Source: an uncultured Bacilli bacterium (lineage in GTDB: Bacteria > Bacillota_I > Bacilli_A > RF39 > UBA660). Taken from it: 64,000 nt of DNA. The translations under genes and the position numbers were made by a program. Positions 8,438 through 17,926 of the stretch are shown in pieces. The notes under the pieces were generated by a model. The model was not told the origin of the DNA. It was given only the letters and a program-made list of their open reading frames with translations, and made no database searches. The stretch lies in the NCBI GenBank assembly GCA_944358455.1, contig CALVRE010000042.1, forward strand, positions 299-64,298, given 5' to 3'. The first letter of the stretch is position 1, and every line of letters begins with the position of its first letter.

Positions 8438-9544
8438 TTATAAATACCAAAGCTTCTTATGATTTTTACGAACTTCTTTGATAATGCCACCACCTAAACA
8501 TTCTTCACCTAAATAGAAGACACAAGCTTGTCCTGGCGTAACTGATTTTACTCCGTTCTGATAATGGACGACGATATTACCATCATCTAGATATTCTAAT
8601 TCTACTTCATTATCTTTTTGACGGTAACGAAATTTCGCACTACATTGTGTTGGATATTCAGTGCTGATCCAATTCACTTGATCAACTAAACATTCAGTAC
8701 TAATCAAATACGGATTATCCTCACCATAAGCTACATACAAAATATTCTTTTCCAAATCTTTTCCAACGACAAAAAGCTTATCGGTACTACCTCCAATGTT
8801 AAGACCTTTTCGTTGTCCTATCGTATAATACATAAGACCGATGTGTTCTCCCAATACTTCGTTTGTTTCAATATTGACGATTTGTCCAGGTATGTTAGGT
8901 AAATAGTTTTTCAAAAAATCTTTAAAATGACGTTCTCCAATAAAGCAAATACCAGTTGAGTCTTTTTTCTTAGCTGTCGTTAAATGATTTTGTTCTGCTA
9001 TTTTACGAACTTCCGATTTTTCCAAATCGCCGATTGGAAAGAGAACATTCTCTAATTGTTTTTTTGATAGTTGAGACAAAAAGTAAGTTTGATCTTTATT
9101 ACGATCGACACCTCGCAATAATTTGCCATTTTTAATTCGTGCATAATGTCCGGTTGCAATATAATCGGCACCTAGTTTTTCTGCCTCTTTTACAAACATA
9201 TCAAATTTAATATACTTGTTACACATGATGTCAGGATTAGGTGTTCTACCGGCTTTTAATTCATCTAAAAAATAAGTAAATACATAATCCCAATATTCTT
9301 TTACAAAATCGACACGATGAAGAGGAATACCAATTTCTTCGCATACTTTTAAAGTGTCATTATAATCTTGTTCTTGTGGACATATTTGATTATTTAAGGT
9401 AGGATTACCCAAGATGTCATTATTTAAAGAGGCATCCCAGTTACGCATGAAAAGGCCTATGACATCATAGCCCTGTTCTTTCAAAAGAATGGCAGCAACA
9501 CTACTATCCACTCCTCCACTCATTCCAATTACTACTTTTTTCAT
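8438..9544 (-). CDS. mnmA: tRNA 2-thiouridylase MnmA
   Basis: The PP-loop IGMSGGVDSS is present and the length is typical for MnmA. The listed MICM extension is a GTG inside the RBS, so the ATG start was used. Confidence 0.9.
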   Translation of the reverse strand: MKKVVIGMSGGVDSSVAAILLKEQGYDVIGLFMRNWDASLNNDILGNPTLNNQICPQEQDYNDTLKVCEEIGIPLHRVDFVKEYWDYVFTYFLDELKAGRTPNPDIMCNKYIKFDMFVKEAEKLGADYIATGHYARIKNGKLLRGVDRNKDQTYFLSQLSKKQLENVLFPIGDLEKSEVRKIAEQNHLTTAKKKDSTGICFIGERHFKDFLKNYLPNIPGQIVNIETNEVLGEHIGLMYYTIGQRKGLNIGGSTDKLFVVGKDLEKNILYVAYGEDNPYLISTECLVDQVNWISTEYPTQCSAKFRYRQKDNEVELEYLDDGNIVVHYQNGVKSVTPGQACVFYLGEECLGGGIIKEVRKNHKKLWYL

Positions 9545-9572
9545 GCAAATCACCTAGAAGTATTATACCACA

Positions 9573-10202
9573 TTATTTTAAAATTGGAACGATCTCTTTC
9601 AATATGGTGGGAACGACATAAATTTCCATTAATGTTGTAATCATTACACCAATAATTGAGAGTAATAATATAAAAGAGTATTTATGAACGATTTTTCTAA
9701 AATCAAACGGTTCTTTCTTCAACATCGACTTGATTATTTTGAGAGAGACCGTTAGAGAATAAAGCATTAAAACAATGTAGAGAATCATATTGATAACATG
9801 ATGCGGAAAAATATAGAAAAAGGCAACCAAACATCCTTTTAATTGGTAATTCATAATAATGGATGAGATCGAAAAACCTAGAATAAAGGCTTTGCTGAAG
9901 AACATGAATAAAGTAACCGGAATTCCAATCACGGAAATGCCAAGTAACCAAATGACCAATACATAAATCACATTAGCACCTAAACTACTACATAAACTAT
10001 TGATATAATCTAGTTTTCCTGTATCAATGTTAGTAATAAAAGTATCTAAATATTCCTTTAACATGTTCTGATCATTTTTACTTAAAATTACAACAAAGAT
10101 AGATCCGGCTAAGATTCCTGCTAACATAAGGCTTACTAAGAAAATAATCATTTTCTTATTGGCTTTCGCTTTGACTTTTAGTTTGTCCACTATCTTTTTC
10201 AT
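9573..10202 (-). CDS. spoIIM: Stage II sporulation protein M (SpoIIM, DUF95) family membrane protein
   Basis: A ~210-aa polytopic protein. LGISVIGIPVTLFMFFSKAFILGFS is similar to B. subtilis SpoIIM LGISVIGMPIILIMLFLKGVVVGF. Confidence 0.7.
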   Translation of the reverse strand: MKKIVDKLKVKAKANKKMIIFLVSLMLAGILAGSIFVVILSKNDQNMLKEYLDTFITNIDTGKLDYINSLCSSLGANVIYVLVIWLLGISVIGIPVTLFMFFSKAFILGFSISSIIMNYQLKGCLVAFFYIFPHHVINMILYIVLMLYSLTVSLKIIKSMLKKEPFDFRKIVHKYSFILLLSIIGVMITTLMEIYVVPTILKEIVPILK

Positions 10203-10291
10203 TCTTTCACCTCAATAAATACTATTAATTTTTATAAAAAATATTCCAAAAATAAATAAAATAGTATATAATCTTACTAGAGGTGTTTAAA

Positions 10292-10405
10292 ATGGCTAGC
10301 AAAAAAAAGAAAAAAGCGCAGAATACAGAACGAACTTTTGCCCTTGTTTGTGTTGGTATCATGTTATTTAGTGTCGTTGCTTCGATACTCGTTTATTTTA
10401 TATAA
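10292..10405 (+). CDS. Small membrane peptide (37 aa), hypothetical
   Basis: MASKKKKKAQNTERTFALVCVGIMLFSVVASILVYFI. It has the RBS AGGTG and a terminator hairpin directly downstream. It is absent from the ORF track because it is under 60 aa. Confidence 0.4.
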   Translation: MASKKKKKAQNTERTFALVCVGIMLFSVVASILVYFI

Positions 10406-10434
10406 AATACTTCAAAATAACGAAGTATTTTTAT
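10406..10434 (+). terminator. Rho-independent terminator
   Basis: AATACTTC-loop-GAAGTATT followed by TTTTT. A second hairpin, AGATGAG/CTCATCT plus T-run, lies at 10444-10468. Confidence 0.5.
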
Positions 10435-10465
10435 ATGCACAAAAGATGAGAAAAATCTCATCTTT

Positions 10466-11458
10466 TTAATTTTCTGCTTCTTCTAACATGTTAGTAATGA
10501 AGATCCCATAGCCACGAGTTGGTGTATCTACTACTACGTGAGTTACAGCTCCTACTAAGTATTCGTCTTGTAGAATTGGACTTCCACTCATTCCTTGAAT
10601 AATTCCACCTGTTGTATTCAATAATTCTTGGTCGGTTATTTCAAACGAAATATTCTTCGTTGTCCCTTTTTGATTAATTCTGGTAATATTAATTTCATAT
10701 TCTTTGATTTCCGTACCATTTAATACCGTTCGAATCATAGCTTTTCCGGTTTTTACTTCATTTGGTTCGGCTACTTTATAAAGTTCTGTCTCAGGAAGTT
10801 CTTGTGTGTAGTTACCAAATATTCCGTGTTCGGTATTTTCAAAGACGTCACCTTGAATACGGTTCGAGTAATATTTCGCGTTTTTTTCTCCTGGTTCTCC
10901 ATTTTCACTTTTTTGAATTCCGGTTACTTCTGAATCATAGATTTTACCATCTTTAATCTCTAAAATTCTACCAGTTGTTTTTTCTAATATTTCATGCCCA
11001 AGAGCACCAAATAATTTCGTATTGGGATCGATATAAGTTAAGGTACCAATTCCCGTAATACTATCTTTGACATACAATCCTGTTTTATAGACGTTGTTTT
11101 CATCCTTATAAATTTTAAGAGTTGTGTTCAGAGTTTCATCATTTCGTTTATAACCTATTTCGATGGTTTCATCCGTATTTGCAGCATTTATTTTAGAGAC
11201 CATTTCACTAATCGTGCTGATGTTATCTCCATTGATACTAATAATCGTGTCTCCTACTTTTAATCCTGCATCTTTACCCGGATATTCGTCGTTTACTTTG
11301 TATAATCCAACGACTAAGACACCATCTGCGTGAAGTTCAATTCCGATGTTTTCGCCACCAGGAATGACGTAATCTGAATAAGCGAATACAAAACTTGGCA
11401 TACTAATTAATGCAAGAAGAGTAATACATGACGTTTTTAAAAATTTTTTAAAAGTCAC
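10466..11458 (-). CDS. spoIVB: SpoIVB peptidase (S55) with PDZ domain
   Basis: The signal peptide is followed by a PDZ domain (GLKVGDTIISINGDNI). GTLTYIDPNTKLFGALGH carries the catalytic His and GGIIQGMSGSPI the catalytic Ser. Confidence 0.85.
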   Translation of the reverse strand: MTFKKFLKTSCITLLALISMPSFVFAYSDYVIPGGENIGIELHADGVLVVGLYKVNDEYPGKDAGLKVGDTIISINGDNISTISEMVSKINAANTDETIEIGYKRNDETLNTTLKIYKDENNVYKTGLYVKDSITGIGTLTYIDPNTKLFGALGHEILEKTTGRILEIKDGKIYDSEVTGIQKSENGEPGEKNAKYYSNRIQGDVFENTEHGIFGNYTQELPETELYKVAEPNEVKTGKAMIRTVLNGTEIKEYEINITRINQKGTTKNISFEITDQELLNTTGGIIQGMSGSPILQDEYLVGAVTHVVVDTPTRGYGIFITNMLEEAEN

Positions 11459-11525
11459 ATTTTCATCTCCTTTATATCACTTGCAGACTACATTATTATT
11501 ATGGTTGGAATGATGATTATTATAG

Positions 11526-11553
11526 CCATAAAAAAATGCCAAATGAGGCATTT
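11526..11553 (-). terminator. Rho-independent terminator after xseB
   Basis: AAATGCC-loop-GGCATTT with a T-run on the minus strand. Confidence 0.5.
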
Positions 11554-11561
11554 GTTTCCTA

Positions 11562-11795
11562 TTAATTGGTGGTTTCTTCAATTTGAAAATCTTTTAAACT
11601 TCCATCTTCTAAAACCATTTTACTTACTTGCTCTTCCACTTGTTTTAATTCTTGATCACACTCGGAAGCAAGTTTCATAGCGCGGGTATATTTTTCGATC
11701 GATTCTTCTAATGAACCATTCCCGTTTTCTAAATCGCTGATGATCGTTTCTAATTCTTTCATTTTATCTTCAAATTTCATTTCTTTCTTTTCCAT
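11562..11795 (-). CDS. xseB: Exodeoxyribonuclease VII small subunit
   Basis: A 77-aa coiled-coil protein (LEESIEKYTRAMKL) immediately downstream of xseA. Confidence 0.85.
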   Translation of the reverse strand: MEKKEMKFEDKMKELETIISDLENGNGSLEESIEKYTRAMKLASECDQELKQVEEQVSKMVLEDGSLKDFQIEETTN

Positions 11796-11797
11796 CT

Positions 11798-13069
11798 TTA
11801 TTCTCCTTTTATCGTTATCACTTTTAGATCGATTTCTCCGTCATATAACTTCAGTTTAATATCTTCTTCTTTTTTGACATCGTAAATCGATTTAATAATA
11901 TGACTTTCCTGATAAGGAATTGCAAATCCTCGTTTTAAAACTGACATCGGATTAATCAATTCTAACTTTTCAATCTTGGTCTTTAAATCGATCATTTGTT
12001 TGGCATATAATTCTTCTGGATGTAAGAAAATATAATGCTTCATGATATGGTCTAAGTCAAACCTTTTATGCTCTAAAGTACGTGTCATCGATTGTTTTAA
12101 TCTTTCTATCAAAGTGTCTAGTTTTTGACTCTTATTTTCATAGATCATGATAGGATTTTTTATGACAAACGAATTTTTTAAGCTATCTAAATATAATTTT
12201 TGTAAATGAATGGTTTTATGAATACTTTCATGCAAACGAATTTTTAATTGTGTCATATGCTTTGTTAAATCAAGTATGTTAGGAACTGCTAATTCGGCCG
12301 CTCCAGTTGGCGTTGGTGCTCTAAGGTCAGCAACAAAGTCGCTAATCGTATAATCGATTTCATGGCCTACAGCACTGATGATCGGAATCGGACAAGCAAA
12401 TATCGTTCTTGCAACACTTTCTTCATTAAATGGCCATAAGTCTTCAATCGATCCACCACCTCGCCCAACAATTAAAAGATCAAGGTTATAATTTTCCGCA
12501 CGTTTGATATTTTTAACAATATCACTAGCTGCATTTTCTCCCTGGACTAAGCTTGGAAAAAGAATCGTCTCAGCAATGGGAAAACGTCTTCTAATCGTCG
12601 AAATAATATCTTTAATGGCCGCTCCAGTTGGTGCTGTAATAATACCGATTCGTTCAGGAATTTTAGGAATTGGTTTTTTATGACGAGGATCAAATAATCC
12701 TTCTTTTGATAACTGAGCTTTTAATTTTTCAAAGGCAATATACAAATTTCCTACTCCATCTTCGAGCATTTCTTCGACATATATTTGATAATTGCCACTT
12801 GCCTCATATATACTTATTCTTCCCGTTACTAAGATTTTCATTCCATCTGCTGGTTGAAAAGTAAGCTTGGATGCACTTTTACTGAACATGATCGCATTTA
12901 TTTTACTTGTTTCATCTTTAATCGAAAAATAAAGGTGACCACTAGAATGACTTTTAAAGTTGGAAATTTCTCCTTTTAAGAAAACAAGACGAAGATTTTC
13001 GTCTGTATCAAATTTCATCTTTAAATATCTTGTCAGAGCTCCAACACTAAGATATTTTCTATCATTCAT
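11798..13069 (-). CDS. xseA: Exodeoxyribonuclease VII large subunit
   Basis: 423 aa with an OB fold and catalytic domain. It sits in the conserved nusB-xseA-xseB context. Confidence 0.9.
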   Translation of the reverse strand: MNDRKYLSVGALTRYLKMKFDTDENLRLVFLKGEISNFKSHSSGHLYFSIKDETSKINAIMFSKSASKLTFQPADGMKILVTGRISIYEASGNYQIYVEEMLEDGVGNLYIAFEKLKAQLSKEGLFDPRHKKPIPKIPERIGIITAPTGAAIKDIISTIRRRFPIAETILFPSLVQGENAASDIVKNIKRAENYNLDLLIVGRGGGSIEDLWPFNEESVARTIFACPIPIISAVGHEIDYTISDFVADLRAPTPTGAAELAVPNILDLTKHMTQLKIRLHESIHKTIHLQKLYLDSLKNSFVIKNPIMIYENKSQKLDTLIERLKQSMTRTLEHKRFDLDHIMKHYIFLHPEELYAKQMIDLKTKIEKLELINPMSVLKRGFAIPYQESHIIKSIYDVKKEEDIKLKLYDGEIDLKVITIKGE

Positions 13070-13077
13070 TCTATCAC

Positions 13078-13479
13078 CTACTTATTGTGGTACACTTTAT
13101 CCAATACACCATTAATCATTTTACGCACATCATCATCACTATAACTTTTCGCAAGTTCGACAGCTTCATTGATCGATACAATTTCTGGTGTATTCGTATA
13201 TAGTAATTCATAGATTCCCATTCTAAGAATCGCTTGATCCGTATTTCCTAAACGATCGATCGTCCAATCATTCAAATATTGATTGGCAATTTTATCGATT
13301 TCATTCTGATAAGTAGTAACGCCATATACCATATCTTTTACGAATTCGTTTTCGATTGGTACTACTTCTTTGATCACATCGTCAATTTCATATTTTATTT
13401 TATTTTTTTCATATACATTGATCTGATAGAGAATGGTCATAATTAATTTTCTAAGTTCGCTTCTATTTAATGTTTCCAT
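13078..13479 (-). CDS. nusB: Transcription antitermination factor NusB
   Basis: 133 aa with typical NusB sequence (ILRMGIYELLY). Confidence 0.9.
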   Translation of the reverse strand: METLNRSELRKLIMTILYQINVYEKNKIKYEIDDVIKEVVPIENEFVKDMVYGVTTYQNEIDKIANQYLNDWTIDRLGNTDQAILRMGIYELLYTNTPEIVSINEAVELAKSYSDDDVRKMINGVLDKVYHNK

Positions 13480-13543
13480 AATCTCACCTGTTAACCATTA
13501 TAACATAAATAAATAGTAAAAAAAAGAGAATTTTCTTCTCCTT

Positions 13544-13786
13544 TCACTTATTTCTAAGAATTTTTGTTTTTGGCTTTTCTTTGTAAAACGTATGACCATC
13601 TTCCGTTTTATAAATTTTCTTTTTGTTGTCAAAATGACGATAAGTAAAATAGATAACCGATGCGACACCAGCTGAGATCGAAGCAATGATGGCTGCTTCT
13701 TTTAAACGTTTATTTGCGATTTTCGCATCTTTTTCCCTCTGTTTTTCTTTAAATTTTTCTAATTCTGTTTGTTGCAAACAAATCAC
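13544..13786 (-). CDS. Hypothetical small membrane protein
   Basis: The N-terminus is charged and is followed by one TM helix. The exact start is uncertain; it may be GTG or TTG near AGAGGTGA. Confidence 0.4.
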   Translation of the reverse strand: MICLQQTELEKFKEKQREKDAKIANKRLKEAAIIASISAGVASVIYFTYRHFDNKKKIYKTEDGHTFYKEKPKTKILRNK

Positions 13787-13788
13787 CT

Positions 13789-14178
13789 CTATTTCAATTT
13801 CTGATTGAGCAATTTATGTAGACGTTCTACTTGATCAAATTTATCATTTTTGTACGTTTTTAAAGTATCTTTAAACAACATGTTCAACTTCCAAAGAACT
13901 CCAAAGAAGCTTATGAACCCTAATAAAATCCCAATTAGATACAAATCGATTCCCATAAAATAATAACTAACGGTTAGTCCGATTATACCAAGTAAAACGG
14001 TCAAAACGCCAATTAGACGATTGCGATTATCCGTTTCGATATTGGCCAGTTGTTGTTTTAAATATTCGATTTTTTCATCTTTGGTGTCGATCGTATTGAG
14101 TAAATTATTATAGATAATCTCACTTTTATTTTTTTCATTTCCTTCGATTGTGATATTTACTTTATCATATTGTTTCAT
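13789..14178 (-). CDS. Hypothetical membrane protein (coiled-coil N-terminus plus two TM helices)
   Basis: An ORF closely spaced with its neighbours. Confidence 0.5.
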   Translation of the reverse strand: MKQYDKVNITIEGNEKNKSEIIYNNLLNTIDTKDEKIEYLKQQLANIETDNRNRLIGVLTVLLGIIGLTVSYYFMGIDLYLIGILLGFISFFGVLWKLNMLFKDTLKTYKNDKFDQVERLHKLLNQKLK

Positions 14179-14247
14179 ACCTTATTCCCCCATAAATAAA
14201 TTATACCATAAATCACTAAAAAAGCAATTTAAAAAGAAATAACAGCA

Positions 14248-14844
14248 TTATTTCTTTTTTGATAACTGTAATGTTCGCATTTTCACATTTCCAACATGAT
14301 CTGGTATTACCAATTTTTCTTGATAAAACGGAATATATTCTTCCTTTTCCGTTACCATTTTCGGAGTTTGAAGAGCATGAATAGAAAGTTTCCCTTGTTC
14401 AAAGGCAAGTTGTCGTTCTAAAAAACAGATAGATGTTTCTAATTTGTGCTGTTTTTGATTTAAATGTTCTAAATAGATACCATATATAGCTACACTTATC
14501 AATCCTGCAAGTAATGTAAATGCCCCCATTTTAAATAACCAAGTCGCTAGTGGGAACATATAAAACATGCCGCTGATGAGTGTAACTGGTAAAGCAAGTG
14601 CAGAAACGGTTTCAATGATACCTCCAACTTTTTTTGCCGTTTTGGAATTTTGCGCGTTTTCGAGATAATAAAGATAATCTTGATGACTTTTTAATTCACG
14701 AGCGAGATAACGATTGCGATTTTGAAAGTCTTTGATCATATTTAAATTTTCACGTAATTTAGAAACACTATAAATATGAAAATTACGAATAGAAGATCGT
14801 TTCGTTTCTCGTTTCGACGACTTTCTTTCGACAATTGCTTCCAT
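14248..14844 (-). CDS. Hypothetical membrane protein
   Basis: The ATG lies 1 nt after the upstream stop codon (translational coupling). Two central TM helices. Confidence 0.5.
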   Translation of the reverse strand: MEAIVERKSSKRETKRSSIRNFHIYSVSKLRENLNMIKDFQNRNRYLARELKSHQDYLYYLENAQNSKTAKKVGGIIETVSALALPVTLISGMFYMFPLATWLFKMGAFTLLAGLISVAIYGIYLEHLNQKQHKLETSICFLERQLAFEQGKLSIHALQTPKMVTEKEEYIPFYQEKLVIPDHVGNVKMRTLQLSKKK

Positions 14845-14845
14845 T

Positions 14846-15232
14846 TTATAGATATTTTTCTCCTTCTCCGCGATAGATCATGACGACATTCCAAATTCGA
14901 ACATAAATACTCATGACGGCAAAGGCGATCCAACCAAATATTGGAACAATCAAGCATAAAATCCATACATAAGGAGATAAATACAGTTCTTTTCCTGGAA
15001 CATTTAACTTTGCAGACACTTGGCAAGTAATCTGCAACATAAAGACCGATAGCATGATAACTGCTGGAAAGAAGCAACAAAGTACTCCAATTACCCAATA
15101 ATACCATTTCGCGTACCATGCATCTTTATCATAAACATTTAATAAGGCTCCTAACACTAGATCTCCTGCTCCATGTCCGAAAAGTAGCAATAGTAGCCAT
15201 ATCCACCAATTTTCACGTTTTAATATCGACAT
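14846..15232 (-). CDS. Hypothetical polytopic membrane protein
   Basis: RBS AGGAGGG. Preferred over the overlapping Cys/Arg-rich ORF 14742..15119, which looks spurious. Confidence 0.5.
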   Translation of the reverse strand: MSILKRENWWIWLLLLLFGHGAGDLVLGALLNVYDKDAWYAKWYYWVIGVLCCFFPAVIMLSVFMLQITCQVSAKLNVPGKELYLSPYVWILCLIVPIFGWIAFAVMSIYVRIWNVVMIYRGEGEKYL

Positions 15233-15273
15233 ATGATCCCTCCTAATAATTTATTATACTACAAATTTACTTT

Positions 15274-17826
15274 CTAATGTTGTTTTTCTTTCATTTCTTT
15301 TAATTTATAAAGGATGTTAAGTGCTTCCATTGGTGTAATTTCCAATGGGTTAATGTGGTCAAGTTCTTGTTCAATTTTTGATTCTTGTGGTTCTGGAACA
15401 AGAAACTCTAATGGAAGTGCCTCTTGAATCTTCATATCACGTTTCTTTTCTTTGCTTTCATACACACTTAGAATTTGATTTGCACGAACAATTAAAGAAT
15501 TTGGTAGATCGGCTAGTTTCGCAACATGGATGCCGTAACTTTTGTCGACACTCCCCTCTTTTATTTTGTGTAAAAAGGTAATATTACCATCTTCTTCATG
15601 GGCGCTGACATGAATATTTTTCAAGTCTTTTAAATTGTTTTCTAAATCCGTTAGTTCGTGATAGTGAGTAGAGAAAAATGTTTTCGCGTGAATATGTTCG
15701 CTGATGTATTCGATGATAGCCTGAGCGAGTGCCATGCCATCGAAAGTAGCAGTTCCTCTTCCTAATTCATCAAACAAAATCAAACTATTTTCCGTGGCAT
15801 TACTGATTGCATAGTTAGCTTCCATCATTTCCACCATGAAGGTTGATTCTCCACTTACCAAATCGTCACTTGCTCCAATTCTCGTGAAAATCGCATCGAA
15901 AATAGGCATTTTCGCACTTTTTGCGGGCACGAAGCAACCAATTTGAGCCAAGATTACTGTAATTGCCATTTGCCTCATATAAGTCGATTTACCAGCCATA
16001 TTAGGACCTGTAATTAAAAGAATATTTGTGTCTTTCTTCATGACAATATCATTAGGAACAAATTCACCATCAATCACTTTTTCGACAACTGGATGACGAT
16101 CATCGATAATGCAAATTTCGCGTTCATCGGTAATTGTCGGTCTCACATAATGATTTTCTTCGGAAACCGTCGTAAAAGATTGTAAGACATCGATCTCACT
16201 AATCACCTTAGCAATCTCTTGCAATCTTGGAATATATTCTTTAATTTTATCGCGGATTTCCGTAAATAATTGATACTCTAAATCGATGATTTTTTCTTCA
16301 GCATTTAAAATAAGAGCTTCTTTTTCTTTCAAAATCGGACTAATATATCGTTCACAGTTAGAAAGAGTCTGTTTACGTTCGTACCCATATTCCTCTTTCA
16401 CCAAACTCGTCTGCCCTTTCGATACTTCAATATAATATCCAAACACACGATTATATCCGACTTTTAAATTCTTAATACCAGTACGTTCTTTCTCTTCTTT
16501 TTCGAAATTGGCAACGAAATCTTTCCCACCTTTACGAAGACTTTTCAACTCATCCAATTCTTGATGAAACCCTTCTTTAATCAAATATCCTTCTTTTAAG
16601 GTGACAGGAGGATTTTCATAAATCGCTTGTTCTAATAGATCATAGAGCTCCGGTAATGTTTCGATCGTTTTATAAAAGTGAATCTGATCTAGAATGTTCT
16701 TAATATTTGGTAATACTTTTAAAGAACCTTTCAATTGTAACAAATCTCTCGCATTCGCACTTCCAAAGGCAACTCTTCCACTCAAACGTTCCAAATCGTA
16801 AACTTCAAACAAATAATTTTGAAGATCTTCTTTTAGAATAAATTCTTTTGATAGTATTTCGACCATATCGTAACGACGATTAATTTCCTCTTTGTCGATC
16901 AAAGGATTTTCGATGAAATTTTTCAGCATACGAGAACCCATCGCCGTCTTAGTACGATCCAAAAGCCAAATAAGCGAATAGTTACGTTGTTTCAATCGCA
17001 AAGTTTCCGTCAACTCTAAATTCCGTTTCGTATGAATATCCATCTTTAAATACTTTTTGTTTTCACGAACGATTGCTTTTTGTAAGTGTGATAAACTTCG
17101 TTTTTGTGTATTGTTGATATATGTGAGTAGATGCTTTAATGTTTCTACATGCCTTGCATCACCTAAATCTTCATACAATGTTTCGTATTCTGATAAGGAT
17201 GCAATTTCATCCTCAACCGTAACTGTCAATTTAAACTGATTTTTTAAAAGTGATAAAATTGTTTTATCGACCTTACTCGTCATGATCACTTCTTTAAGAC
17301 CTAGACTCACAATTTCCGTTACGACTTTCGTAGGATTATGCTCCATCAGAAAAACATAGATTTCACCAGTCGAAATATCGGCATAGCTAATGCCATAAGC
17401 ATGCGAAAAATCGACGATATTGCCAATATAATTGTTTTCGTATTCAATGAGTGATTCTTGATTGACGATCGTCCCCTTAGAAATGATCTGGGTAATGTCC
17501 CTTTTGACAATTCCTTTGGCTAATTTTGGATCTTCCATTTGCTCACAAATCGCTACTTTATATCCTTTATCAACTAATTTATCAATATAGATATTGGCAG
17601 CATGATGAGGAATACCACACATCGGAATTCGTTCTTCTAATCCAGCATTTTTACCGGTTAATGTAAGTTCTAATTCTCGTGATACTGTAACCGCATCCTC
17701 AAAAAACATTTCATAGAAGTCTCCTAGACGGAAGAATAAAATAACATCTTCATTCTCTTTCTTGATTTCTAAATATTGACGCATCATCGGCGTTACTTTA
17801 TTCATATCTACTTCGTTTCGTTTCAT
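15274..17826 (-). CDS. mutS: DNA mismatch repair protein MutS
   Basis: 850 aa. The N-terminus has MMRQYLEIK...GDFYEMFFEDA and a Walker A motif GPNMAGKST. Confidence 0.95.
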   Translation of the reverse strand: MKRNEVDMNKVTPMMRQYLEIKKENEDVILFFRLGDFYEMFFEDAVTVSRELELTLTGKNAGLEERIPMCGIPHHAANIYIDKLVDKGYKVAICEQMEDPKLAKGIVKRDITQIISKGTIVNQESLIEYENNYIGNIVDFSHAYGISYADISTGEIYVFLMEHNPTKVVTEIVSLGLKEVIMTSKVDKTILSLLKNQFKLTVTVEDEIASLSEYETLYEDLGDARHVETLKHLLTYINNTQKRSLSHLQKAIVRENKKYLKMDIHTKRNLELTETLRLKQRNYSLIWLLDRTKTAMGSRMLKNFIENPLIDKEEINRRYDMVEILSKEFILKEDLQNYLFEVYDLERLSGRVAFGSANARDLLQLKGSLKVLPNIKNILDQIHFYKTIETLPELYDLLEQAIYENPPVTLKEGYLIKEGFHQELDELKSLRKGGKDFVANFEKEEKERTGIKNLKVGYNRVFGYYIEVSKGQTSLVKEEYGYERKQTLSNCERYISPILKEKEALILNAEEKIIDLEYQLFTEIRDKIKEYIPRLQEIAKVISEIDVLQSFTTVSEENHYVRPTITDEREICIIDDRHPVVEKVIDGEFVPNDIVMKKDTNILLITGPNMAGKSTYMRQMAITVILAQIGCFVPAKSAKMPIFDAIFTRIGASDDLVSGESTFMVEMMEANYAISNATENSLILFDELGRGTATFDGMALAQAIIEYISEHIHAKTFFSTHYHELTDLENNLKDLKNIHVSAHEEDGNITFLHKIKEGSVDKSYGIHVAKLADLPNSLIVRANQILSVYESKEKKRDMKIQEALPLEFLVPEPQESKIEQELDHINPLEITPMEALNILYKLKEMKEKQH

Positions 17827-17904
17827 GTTACCACCTGTTTAATATTGTAACAGATTTTCTTTGATAAGTCACGAGAATAATGGTTACAAATAGAGTTTTC
17901 AAAA

Positions 17905-17926
17905 GAAAAAAGGATTCTCATCCTTC
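17905..17926 (-). terminator. Rho-independent terminator overlapping the ylbL stop codon (TGA)
   Basis: AAGGATGAGAATCCTT followed by TTTTTT on the minus strand. Confidence 0.5.
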
